Positions 1-8,489 of a DNA stretch of 26,617 nucleotides are shown here, in pieces. Position 1 is the stretch's first letter. The number at the start of each line of letters is the position of its first letter. The notes under the pieces are model-generated. The model was not told where the DNA came from and ran no database searches. It saw nothing but the letters and a program-made list of their open reading frames with translations. This DNA comes from Pirellulales bacterium (GTDB lineage: Bacteria > Planctomycetota > Planctomycetia > Pirellulales > JADZDJ01). The position numbers and the translations under genes are program-made. The stretch lies in NCBI GenBank assembly GCA_020851115.1, contig JADZDJ010000297.1, positions 1 to 26,617 of the forward strand. Reading direction: 5' to 3'.

Positions 1-149
1 CAATTGCGAAAGGACGGCAATTTGGTATGTGCGATGTACATTTCCGGGTTTGCCATACACGGTATTGTCATCCATTGCAATTGAGACCTGGGAAAGTTTG
101 GAATACCGCATATTCTCCAGTCATATCTAAAAGTACGCGCTGGCCCTGA

Positions 150-370
150 GCGGTCCGGCGGGTGTTCGATGATGAGTTCAAGCGTGAAGCCGTGGAGATG
201 CTACTGGACGGCCATACGGCCGCTTCGCCGTGCCGGCGGCGTCGGCAGTACCGACGGCATGACGAAGCTCCCGCCTCGATACCCCACCGCTTTTGTAGTA
301 GAATTAGCACATGTTCGGTCGTGCGCGCATAACGTCGCGGGATTGAAGGGCGACCGAACATTGTAGCAAT
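150..370 (+). mobile_element. Degraded remnant of an IS3-family transposase OrfA (HTH) 5' region; not intact
   Basis: Frame reading ...AVRRVFDDEFKREAVEMLLDGHTAAS... (approx. 158-232) resembles the conserved N-terminus of IS3-family OrfA ('RR.FS.EFKREAV.L...G'). No start codon (TGA immediately upstream). Frame is lost after 'TAAS'. No OrfB/DDE part follows; the Gfo/Idh gene begins at 411/429. Judged by recall of the family only. Confidence 0.3.
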
Positions 371-428
371 CGTTTTCGTCTTTGTTGATCACGTTCAGAT
401 TTAATCTTAGATGCCGAGGGAATGCCTG

Positions 429-1793
429 ATGCGACGCAAATCAAACCGGCGCGACTTTATCAAAACCTCTACAATGACCAGCGCCGGTTTCTGGATTGCT
501 GGAAGCCTGCATGCGGAAGGAAATGCTAGCCCGAACGAACGCATTCGCTTTGCCTGCGTTGGTGTCAGCGGCAAGGGAGAGAGCGATACGCACGATGCTT
601 CGCGGTTTGGCGATGTTGTGGCGATTTGCGACATCGACAATGAGAAGCTCGACGCAGCCGCCGCAAAATATCCCCACGCCAAGAAGTTTTACGATTGGCG
701 CGACCTGCTCGATGAGATGTCTGGCGGAATTGATGCCGTCACCATCAGCACCCCCGACCATTCTCACGCGGTTGCCGCTGCTGCTGCGATGCGGCTCGGC
801 AAGCACGCTTTCGTACAAAAGCCGCTGACGCACGACATCTACGAAGCACGCATGTTGGGACACATTGCGCGTGAACAGAAAGTGGCCACGCAGATGGGAA
901 ACCAAGGCACCGCCAATCGGAATTTGCGCAAGGCGGCACAGATGGTACAGGCAGGCATTCTGGGGCCTGTTCATGAAGTATACGTGTGGACGAATCGGCC
1001 GATCTGGCCTCAAGGCAAGCCACGTCCCGAACCTAAGCCGGTGCCGCAACATTTGCATTGGAACTTGTTTCTCGGCCCTGCGCCGCGCCGCCCATACGGC
1101 GACGACTATCATCCATTTAGTTGGCGCGGTTGGTGGGACTTCGGTACCGGTTCGCTCGGAGACATGGCTTGTCACACGATGAACATGCCCTTTATGGCGC
1201 TCGACCTGCGCGATCCGATCCGCGTGCAGGCCGAAACTACGGGGCACAATCGCGAAAGCTATCCAAGCAAATCGAAAATCACATATGAATTTGCCGCCAC
1301 GGCTCGACACCCAGAACTCAAGCTGCACTGGCTCGATGCCAACCAAAAGCCGCCGCGCGAGTTGATGCAACAGTTCAACAAGAAAAATAACGCCGCTGCG
1401 GGCGAGGGAGATAAGAAACAACATCGCGGCTTCGCCGATGCCGGTTCGCTGCTGGTTGGTGAGAAGGGAATGCTTTATTCGCCGGGCGACTACGGCGGCG
1501 ATTATGAGTTGAGCGGCGTCGCGGAAGTATCGACGTCGATCGAAACGATGGATCATTTCGAGGAATTCGTCCGCGCAGTCAAGGGAGGCCCGGCGGCCAC
1601 TTCGAATTTCCCTGACTATGCTTCGCCTCTCACGGAAACTGTATTGCTGGGTAATCTGGCGATCTGGGTCGCCCATGAGGCGGACGTACCGGGAAAGAAG
1701 ATTGAATGGGACGCAAAATATTTGACTGCGAAAAACGCACCCGAAGTCGCTCACATTATTCGTCGCGAGTATCGACCGGGATATACCTTGTAG
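429..1793 (+). CDS. Gfo/Idh/MocA-family NAD(P)-dependent oxidoreductase with twin-arginine (Tat) signal peptide
   Basis: ORF 411..1793. Tat motif SNRRDFIKTS followed by a hydrophobic stretch and AxA-like site (SLHAEG). Rossmann N-domain (FACVGVSGKG...ICDIDNEKL) and EKP-like motif (FVQKPLT) typical of Gfo/Idh/MocA. GAGGG sits 9 nt upstream of ATG 429; ATG 411 is an alternative start. Confidence 0.85.
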   Translation: MRRKSNRRDFIKTSTMTSAGFWIAGSLHAEGNASPNERIRFACVGVSGKGESDTHDASRFGDVVAICDIDNEKLDAAAAKYPHAKKFYDWRDLLDEMSGGIDAVTISTPDHSHAVAAAAAMRLGKHAFVQKPLTHDIYEARMLGHIAREQKVATQMGNQGTANRNLRKAAQMVQAGILGPVHEVYVWTNRPIWPQGKPRPEPKPVPQHLHWNLFLGPAPRRPYGDDYHPFSWRGWWDFGTGSLGDMACHTMNMPFMALDLRDPIRVQAETTGHNRESYPSKSKITYEFAATARHPELKLHWLDANQKPPRELMQQFNKKNNAAAGEGDKKQHRGFADAGSLLVGEKGMLYSPGDYGGDYELSGVAEVSTSIETMDHFEEFVRAVKGGPAATSNFPDYASPLTETVLLGNLAIWVAHEADVPGKKIEWDAKYLTAKNAPEVAHIIRREYRPGYTL

Positions 1794-1978
1794 GCAGCGA
1801 AACGGCGATTGAAATGAGAGGATCGTTGAAGGCAAGAACAACTTTCGCAATGACCAAGGACCAAACCCAAGTGAGCTATCATTGCATGTGGCGATCAGTA
1901 CCATCGAATCGAGTGCTCCGCCGCTGGAAGTTGCTTGCTCTGCGTCTTCGCGCCATTGCGGTTCAATGCGTGCCTCGG

Positions 1979-3232
1979 ATGCGACATCGCCACATCGCAC
2001 GCTTCGCATTGCTGATTGCGCTGGCTGGAATACCAACCATTTCTGTTGCCATAGACCAGCAATCGGCGACTGCCGCGCTAGAAAAATGCTACGCGGAAGT
2101 GTCGCTTGACGGCGATAAAAATGTAATTGCAGTCGATTTTAGCGACTCTGATTTTACCGATGCGGAGTTGGCGCTACTCCGCTCGTTACCGAAGCTGCAA
2201 ACCGTCGTGATTAGCGGCTCATCGTTCACTGACAAAGACGTTCCCTACGTTTGCGGCTTGAAAAGCGTGGCGCAATTGACGCTGGAAAATACCGAGCTGA
2301 CCGACGCTGGTGTGCTCAACTTGCGCGATTTGCCGGCGTTGCGATCGCTGAGTTTGCGGAGAACATCAAATCTTACCGATTTCGGCCTGTCGAAGCTGAA
2401 AGACGAGTTTTCCGAGTTGCAGCAATTGCATTTGCTGTTTAATAACATCACTGATGAGGCGCTCGAGCAAGTCGCCTCACTGCCGAATTTGCGGCTACTC
2501 GATTTGCGCGGCTGCGTCAAAATCACGGATACTGGAATCGCCAAACTCGCTCCGCTTAAGTTTCTCGAGCGTCTGAAGTTGCGCGCACCGCAAATCACGG
2601 ACGCCGCGATGGATACGATTGCGGCCTTTCCGAGGCTCGAGGGCTTGTGGATGGAAGATACGCGGCTGTCGAATGCGGGTATGCCCGCATTCGTGAAGTT
2701 GCCGATGCTCGACGAACTGTATCTGATGCGGACGCAAGTCGGCGATCAGGGGTTGGCGGCACTGGCGAATTTGACGAAGCTCAAACGGTTGGAACTGCGC
2801 GGCACACGCGTTCAAGGCTCCGGTCTGGCCAGCCTTAAAGGATTGAAGAACCTTCGTAGTTTGGATTGCAGCGAAACGCCGCTGGACGATGCCGGGCTGG
2901 CGCACCTGGAGTCGATTGTTTCGCTCGAGCGTCTCGACTTGTGGAATACGCATGTCACCGATGCGGGCTTGAAGCATTTAGCCGTGCTTCAAAACCTGAA
3001 GTGGCTGAACCTGGACGGCTTAAGAATCAGTGATACAGGCCTCGCGAATCTGCAATCGCTCGAAAAGCTCAATACCCTGAGCTTGAGTGGCGACAAGATT
3101 AGCGATGTCGGCTTGGCGAAATTACACGGTCTGAAATCGCTGAAATCGCTCGATCTATCCTTTACGACGGCTAGCGACCAAAGTATCGATCAGTTGAAAC
3201 AAGCAATACCGGGCTTGAGGGTGAAAAGATAG
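1979..3232 (+). CDS. Secreted leucine-rich-repeat (RNI-like LRR) protein
   Basis: ORF 1706..3232 overlaps the upstream gene, so an internal start is likely. M at 1979 gives MRHRHIARFALLIALAGIPTISVA, a signal peptide. Body is ~18 tandem 24-25-aa LRRs (L..L..L.L..T.ITDAGL..L). ATG 1814 is an alternative start. Confidence 0.7.
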   Translation: MRHRHIARFALLIALAGIPTISVAIDQQSATAALEKCYAEVSLDGDKNVIAVDFSDSDFTDAELALLRSLPKLQTVVISGSSFTDKDVPYVCGLKSVAQLTLENTELTDAGVLNLRDLPALRSLSLRRTSNLTDFGLSKLKDEFSELQQLHLLFNNITDEALEQVASLPNLRLLDLRGCVKITDTGIAKLAPLKFLERLKLRAPQITDAAMDTIAAFPRLEGLWMEDTRLSNAGMPAFVKLPMLDELYLMRTQVGDQGLAALANLTKLKRLELRGTRVQGSGLASLKGLKNLRSLDCSETPLDDAGLAHLESIVSLERLDLWNTHVTDAGLKHLAVLQNLKWLNLDGLRISDTGLANLQSLEKLNTLSLSGDKISDVGLAKLHGLKSLKSLDLSFTTASDQSIDQLKQAIPGLRVKR

Positions 3233-3294
3233 CGCGGACGGGCAGTCCTTCGACTCGCGGCGATGATGGCCGTCCACTTATCGGAGCGTTCCTC

Positions 3295-4304
3295 ATGCGT
3301 GCCCTCCATCAGAACATGATTTTGCTTGGCGCGTTCATCGTTAGCGCCGCTTCGGACCAAATTCTGCGTTTAGTCGTTGCCGAAGATTCGCAAGCCTTCA
3401 CAGATCCTGCCGCGGCGGGTAACAATTTTGGACTTCAAGGCGAATACACCGGCGGTTCGACCAATTCCGACGGCACGCCACAGAAATTGGGCGTGCAAGC
3501 AATTGCGCTGGGCGATCGAAAATATCAGGTCGTGCGATACACTGGCAGACTCCCTGGTGCCGGCTGGGATTAATCGGTCGCGCCGAATCGTCGCGATGTC
3601 GAAGCAAAAGATGGCAAGCTCGTGATGAACGATGATGACAATCAATATGAAGCGACCAGCGACGCGATCGAATTTACAAGCATATCGGGCAAGATAGTTG
3701 GTCGGCTTGAGCAAATCGAACGAAAAAGTCCGACGCCTGGTGCCAAGCCGCAGACAGGTGCCGTCGCCCTGTTCGATGGTTCGTCCGCCAACGAATTTGT
3801 TGGCGGAAAAATGACCGCTGAAAAGCTGCTCGAAGTTGGCGCGGTCAGCAAGCACAAGTTCGCTAATTTCCTGATGCACCTCGAATTCCGCACCCCTTTT
3901 ATGCCCAATGCATGCGGGCAAGGGCGCGGCAATAGCGGCGTCTATTTGCAAAATCGCTACGAGGTGCAATTGCTCGATACATTTGGCCTGCAGGGAAAAG
4001 ATCATGAATGCGGCGGCATCTACTCGGCCCGCGCGACGAAAGTCAACGTGTGCTTCCCGTAACTCGCTTGACAGACTTGCGACGTTGATTTCACTACGAC
4101 GCGTCTCGGCGAGGGTGGCAAAAAGATCAAGAACGCGGTGGTCCCGGTCCGCCAGAATGGCATCCCGATTCATGATCGTTTCGAATTGCCGACTTTCACC
4201 CCGGGGGAGAAAGTAAGAAATCTCCGACACCCGGCCCCTTGCAATTACAAGATCACGGCATCCCGAAAAACTTCCGCAACATTTACGTCATGCCCCACGG
4301 ATGA
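3295..4304 (+). pseudogene. Disrupted DUF1080 (3-keto-disaccharide hydrolase-like / LamG-fold) gene: 3 in-frame stops plus 1 frameshift
   Basis: Signal peptide (MRALHQNMILLGAFIVSAAS). Frame-1 reading continues through TAA 3571-3573, TAA 4060-4062 and TGA 4069-4071 (TGA at a position that is Trp in homologues, by recall). A -1 shift occurs in the CCCCGGGGG run at about 4198-4208. The C-terminal piece is in frame 3 to TGA 4302-4304. Motifs: LFDGSSANEFVGG, EFRTPFMP...GQGRGNSGVYLQNRYEVQLLD, ECGGIY, QT(C)DVDF, GKKIKNAVV.VRQNGIPIHDRFELPTFTPGGESKKSPTPGPLQLQDHGIPKNFRNIYV. Confidence 0.55.
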
Positions 4305-4439
4305 ATTGGCTGAGTAGAAGTTAGTCCAATTTGAAAGCCTACCACGGTGGCCGAAGTTGAGCAAAGAACGCTTGAACAAGGTTTCGTTGCCTTTCTTGCT
4401 GTCGCATTGCATTCCCTGACCGGTGCCACGACGGGCACG

Positions 4440-4697
4440 TCACCAAAACGCCGCTTCGTGCCGTCGTTTGGCCTGCTCTACGCGGTCGTAGAGTGCGGGC
4501 ATCGCAGGCAATTCTGTATAGAATTTCGCGCTCGGATCGATTCCCCAGCGCTCGTTCCGCTCGATATACGAGCGAACCGTCGATTGTCTCCCCACTATCG
4601 GCAATGCGATCAGCCAGATCGACGCCACCAGGACGAGGCAACCGGCCAGCCGCACTGTCTTGGCCCAGCGATCACTGTGCGAGCGAAATAGCTGCAT
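4440..4697 (-). CDS. Candidate small single-pass membrane protein (85 aa), overlapping the 3' end of the YeiH-like gene by 26 nt
   Basis: ATG at 4697. One predicted TM (LAGCLVLVASIWLIALPIV). High GC3 consistent with neighbouring genes. Protein-like C-terminus (YIERNERWGIDPSAKFYTELPAMPALYDRVEQAKRRHEAAFW). No family recognised. Confidence 0.4.
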   Translation of the reverse strand: MQLFRSHSDRWAKTVRLAGCLVLVASIWLIALPIVGRQSTVRSYIERNERWGIDPSAKFYTELPAMPALYDRVEQAKRRHEAAFW

Positions 4698-6204
4698 TCG
4701 GAAATACCTTTTCGAACATGAGCCATGCCATGGCGAGCGTTAAGATCAAGTTCAGTGTCTGACCGCACACGTAGAGCACCAGCGGCTTGCCCCCCTTGAA
4801 GAACTGCCGCAATTCTCGGAAGTTCGTCTCCAGCCCAATGCTGACAAAGGCAAAGCAGAAAAACCAACCGCGCAAAGTCGCTGAAGTGCCCGACAATACG
4901 GCCGACACGATCGCGTTGCCCTCAACTCCGCTTGCTGCAATTCCCGAAAAAACGAGCGAGGCTGCCAGGAATCCTAGGATGAACTTGGGAAACCGCCGCC
5001 ATACTTCCTTCAAACTTGGTCGCGACTGACTCGACTTCCGATCCACATAAGTCACCCAGTACACCGCCACGCCGAAAGCCACGACACCGATCAAAATATT
5101 CTGAATCATTTTGATCGTAACCGCCACCGCCAGCGCGGTTTCACCAAGCATTCCGCCGGCGGCCGCCACTGCCCCGGTGGAATCGATGGTTCCACCGATC
5201 CAAGCTCCGCCCAGCACCGGGCCCATGCCAAGTGCTTCGATCACCGCCGGCATGACGACCATCATAATGACCGTGAACGACAGCGACAGTCCGATTGCCA
5301 GCGACAACTCCTCTCGCTTTGCTCGGCACGCTGCTGCCGTCGCCACCGCCGCTGACACCCCACACACCGACATATCTGCGCTAATCACCATGTTCAGCGA
5401 CCGCGAGGGAATGCGCAGAATTCGCTGCCCAAACGCATACGTTGCGATCAGCACCGTGGGCGTCACCACCCAGGAAACAAAGATTCCAGGTGCGCCAAGC
5501 GACAGCAACCGGTTAAACAGCACCTCGGCACCGAGCAACACCAGGCCTGTCTTGATATAAAACTCCGTGCGAACCGCCGGCCGAAGCCATTGCGGCGTGC
5601 CGATTGTATTGCTGATGATCAGTCCTATCACCAAAGCCCATAGTGCATATTCCAAGTTGTAATGTTTCACCACCTTCTGGTCGGCTAACACGAACGACAA
5701 TATCGACAACAAGTACACCGTAAAAAATGCGGCTGGAAATCCGCGTAGCCGTTCACCCATTCCCGCGACCCCGAGACCGAAAAGCAACAGCCCCACGAGA
5801 AACATGCCTGCCAGTCCGACCCACTGTGTATTGCCATCAGACCCCACAAAGGCATCCAGCGGGTTGTCGCTCCAAGAACGAAGTTTCGCCAGATAGGGAC
5901 GCAGCGGGTTGCGGGCCAATTCCTTGCGCAGTTCCTCTCGCTGCGTTTGCAACTCCGTGATCTGGATGCTATTCGTGTCCGACGTTTTTAACGCATTAAG
6001 CTGCCGAGTCAATGCTTCATACCGACCCACCAGCGACTGCACCCCATCCGGACGCGACCACCATGTGGCCGCCAGCGCCACCGCCAGTACGATCCATCCT
6101 AGCCAAATGGCCCATACATCCTCACTACGAAACGCGCTCGGTTGATCGCTCGCCGCGGCAATGCCGGAATCCGACGCGTCTGAGTTTTGCTGCGATTGCG
6201 CCAT
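4672..6204 (-). CDS. YeiH/UPF0324-family membrane transporter (putative sulfate exporter family) with ~150-aa N-terminal extension
   Basis: ORF 4672..6225 begins with TTG. The first ATG (6204) is preceded by GGAG at -8. The C-terminal ~350 aa are polytopic, Gly/Ala-rich TM segments typical of YeiH. The N-terminus adds an acidic/Ser-rich region, one TM helix, and a coiled-coil-like segment (LTRQLNALK...QREELRKELARN). Confidence 0.75.
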   Translation of the reverse strand: MAQSQQNSDASDSGIAAASDQPSAFRSEDVWAIWLGWIVLAVALAATWWSRPDGVQSLVGRYEALTRQLNALKTSDTNSIQITELQTQREELRKELARNPLRPYLAKLRSWSDNPLDAFVGSDGNTQWVGLAGMFLVGLLLFGLGVAGMGERLRGFPAAFFTVYLLSILSFVLADQKVVKHYNLEYALWALVIGLIISNTIGTPQWLRPAVRTEFYIKTGLVLLGAEVLFNRLLSLGAPGIFVSWVVTPTVLIATYAFGQRILRIPSRSLNMVISADMSVCGVSAAVATAAACRAKREELSLAIGLSLSFTVIMMVVMPAVIEALGMGPVLGGAWIGGTIDSTGAVAAAGGMLGETALAVAVTIKMIQNILIGVVAFGVAVYWVTYVDRKSSQSRPSLKEVWRRFPKFILGFLAASLVFSGIAASGVEGNAIVSAVLSGTSATLRGWFFCFAFVSIGLETNFRELRQFFKGGKPLVLYVCGQTLNLILTLAMAWLMFEKVFPNAAISLAQ

Positions 6205-6247
6205 CGAATCTCCACTGATGTTCAAGAATGATTAGTCCCGCGAACAT

Positions 6248-6715
6248 TCAAACGCCGAGCGCTGCTCGCTTTGCCTCGATAAACCGCACGTGATGAGGAA
6301 TGTGGGCGGTGATGTCCACCAGCAACTGTTCCAGCGATAACGGCCCAGACGCCGAATGATTGCCGATCCGCTGAAAATCGTCGCTGCTGAGTTCTCGTAG
6401 AATCGCCGCCATGTGCCGACGAACGGCCGTAATCATTTCCAGTTCGATGTTAATCTTCCTTCGTGTGTACGCCAGACCTGCAGCAAAAGTGTCTGGATTG
6501 CCACCGAAAAACGTCGGGCAGTATTCGGCAATAACGCGTTTCATGCGATCGACATAAATTGGCTCAAAATCTGCAACATGGCAAACTACCTGACGAATCG
6601 ACCATTGTCCCACAATCGGCTTAGCGTCCAACTGCTCGGACGTCAATCCTGTTACCGATCGAGCCGCGAGGTCCGATCCAGAAAGATACTGATCGATGAG
6701 ATCACGATAGTGCAT
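6248..6715 (-). CDS. DinB/DinB_2-family (four-helix-bundle, His-containing metal-dependent) protein
   Basis: 155 aa. Conserved His positions (CHVADFEP...; ...HIPHHVRFIEAKR) are characteristic of the DinB_2 superfamily. SD GAGGAAGGA upstream of ATG 6715. A 43-nt gap to the YeiH-like gene suggests an operon. Confidence 0.7.
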   Translation of the reverse strand: MHYRDLIDQYLSGSDLAARSVTGLTSEQLDAKPIVGQWSIRQVVCHVADFEPIYVDRMKRVIAEYCPTFFGGNPDTFAAGLAYTRRKINIELEMITAVRRHMAAILRELSSDDFQRIGNHSASGPLSLEQLLVDITAHIPHHVRFIEAKRAALGV

Positions 6716-6747
6716 GGCGAATTCTCATCCTTCCTCAATAGGTGCGT

Positions 6748-6775
6748 ATTCTACATATTTGCATACAGCATTCAA
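6748..6775 (-). promoter_or_regulatory. Candidate sigma70 promoter for the dinB-like/yeiH-like operon (TTGAAT-16-TAGAAT)
   Basis: Minus-sense TTGAAT(6775-6770)-16 nt-TAGAAT(6753-6748), about 30 nt upstream of SD and ATG 6715. Confidence 0.35.
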
Positions 6776-7009
6776 TTGGAACCTACAAGTAGTGCCGAGC
6801 GGATGAAGGTTTCAATCGCCTCTCTGCGGAACGCGAAAGGGTGGCCCAAGCTCGAAGCGAAAAACTGGGAAAAGCGAGACGACGGTTCCACGGCAAGTGG
6901 AAGCACCAGCGATCACCACTCCGCACGACTACGCAATATCAGTTCGCTGCGGTTGCCATTGACTTTGGCATGGTTCCTGGCTTGCTATCCCGCAGAACGT
7001 GGCGTCGGT

Positions 7010-8377
7010 CTAATTTTCATCACCGCCAAGCAATTTTTCTTCGACTTTGTCAGCCTGCCAAGCAATGGCGGTGATGACTCGGGTGACTGCGAGGGGATCT
7101 GCCATTCTTGCCAATTCATTCGCGCGAACTGCAAGCACGTCACCGGTTGGTCCTGATTCGATCGCAAACGCTCCATGTACCATCTGCGCGTTGTATTTGA
7201 GCAGCGAAATCGCATTCTTGTCGCTCGCGGGGCCGCAAACGGAACTGAAGACGAGCATTTGATTTCCATCAGGGTCTTTTACATCAAATCGTACCGTCAC
7301 GCGTTGTTTACGCAGCGGCCCGATGGGAACAATCACTTGCCATTGCTCTCCCGTGTCAGTCAGTTGCCAACCGGCCGACTGGGCAACGCTGCGGACGAGT
7401 TGCTTCGGATCAACGACCAGCGGTTTCAAATCGGCGAAATCTGGCCCAGCGGTTGCGGCCACAGCCGATGCGGCTGCTCCCGACGCCGCTCCCGGAGCAG
7501 CCTGGTAGGGTGCGGAGGGATTTGCGCCTTGCATCGCATCGCGCATCATCCCGGGGAACATCATGCCGAAACCCGCACCCATGCCCATTCCCATTGCCCC
7601 GGCACCCACGCCACCACCGCCGTGCTTGGCCATCTCGGCCATGCTGTTGGCGGCCTGATACATGGTGAACGACTGTAAGCCGCCCAAAGCTCCGATGCGG
7701 CTACGAGCGTTGATTGCTTCTTGCACTTCGTCCGGTGGCGTGACTGCATTAATAATGAAATCGACTAACTCCAGGCCGTATTTCGCAAAATCGTCGGCCA
7801 CTTTCGCCTTCGTGCCGGCCTCGATTTCGTTGGCCTTCGATTGCAATTCGAACACGCCGAGGCCGACGGAGGCCAGCAAGTCTCGCAGCCGCGAGACGAT
7901 GATGTCCTTTAAGAACGACGTGACTTCGTCGGTTGTGTATTTTCCCTGCGTACCGACGAGTGTATTTAGCAACAATGCTGAATCAACGACGCGGATCGAA
8001 AACTTGCCGTTGGCGCGCAATTGCACCATGCCGCCGAAGTCGGCGTCGCGCAATGGAATCGGCTGGCGCGTGCCCCACTTCTGGTCGAGGAACGTCTGCT
8101 TTCCAATGAAGTAAACCTGCGATTGGAACGGCGACTTTTCCCAGGGAATTGTCAAGATCCGGCTGATGATTGGCAGATTTTGCGTCGTCAACGTATAACG
8201 TCCTGGGCCAAAGCAGTCCATCGCTTTGCCATCGCGGAAAAATACCGCGTCTTGGTTCTGCTGCACGATAAGCTGCGCACCGTACTTGATGTCGGCCGAG
8301 CCTTCGGACGGAATTCGCTGGACGAGTGAACGGTTCGACTCGTCAAAAAACTGAATGACTTCGAGACGAAGGGACAT
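7010..8377 (-). CDS. SPFH/band-7 (COG4260 'virion-core-like' clade) domain protein fused via a Gly/Met/Ala-rich low-complexity linker to a C-terminal YbjN-like domain
   Basis: 455 aa. N-terminal ~250 aa are SPFH-like. Linker [26 protein letters not shown]...[19 protein letters not shown]. The C-terminal ~130 aa ([19 protein letters not shown]...[19 protein letters not shown]...) resemble YbjN/putative-sensory-transduction-regulator fold proteins. No TM helix. Confidence 0.8.
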   Translation of the reverse strand: MSLRLEVIQFFDESNRSLVQRIPSEGSADIKYGAQLIVQQNQDAVFFRDGKAMDCFGPGRYTLTTQNLPIISRILTIPWEKSPFQSQVYFIGKQTFLDQKWGTRQPIPLRDADFGGMVQLRANGKFSIRVVDSALLLNTLVGTQGKYTTDEVTSFLKDIIVSRLRDLLASVGLGVFELQSKANEIEAGTKAKVADDFAKYGLELVDFIINAVTPPDEVQEAINARSRIGALGGLQSFTMYQAANSMAEMAKHGGGGVGAGAMGMGMGAGFGMMFPGMMRDAMQGANPSAPYQAAPGAASGAAASAVAATAGPDFADLKPLVVDPKQLVRSVAQSAGWQLTDTGEQWQVIVPIGPLRKQRVTVRFDVKDPDGNQMLVFSSVCGPASDKNAISLLKYNAQMVHGAFAIESGPTGDVLAVRANELARMADPLAVTRVITAIAWQADKVEEKLLGGDEN

Positions 8378-8385
8378 AGTAGGGT

Positions 8386-8398
8386 CCAGGGTTCAGGG
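8386..8398 (-). repeat. 13-nt motif CCAGGGTTCAGGG (mRNA sense CCCUGAACCCUGG) ending 8 nt upstream of the SPFH-gene ATG; identical copy at 19251-19263
   Basis: Exact 13/13 identity with 19251..19263. Both copies are in minus-strand intercistronic regions, each exactly 8 nt from a start codon. Both are part of an approximate tandem of GGGTYCAG 8-mers and are followed by a shared AAAAT at the same offset. Confidence 0.5.
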
Positions 8399-8489
8399 AA
8401 TGCAAAATGAAGAATGAAGAATCAGGAGCAACGAAAATTCTCAGCTTTTTTAACTTGCATCGTGCAAATTATATTTTCGTTTTGAATCA

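Noticed and set aside
1-83. 7-nt inverted pair CAATTGC (1-7) / GCAATTG (77-83) as possible IS terminal repeats
   Set aside because: Too short to be meaningful by itself, and it does not flank the OrfA-like fragment, which lies at 150-370.
441-2036. 531-aa minus-strand ORF antisense to the Gfo/Idh oxidoreductase gene
   Set aside because: Arg/Ser/Cys-rich with no motifs. This is the expected stop-codon-poor antisense frame of a high-GC gene. The plus-strand gene has clear family motifs and a Tat signal.
3370-4230. 286-aa minus-strand ORF covering the DUF1080 region
   Set aside because: Not protein-like (R/A/L-rich). The sense strand carries recognisable, though disrupted, DUF1080 motifs.
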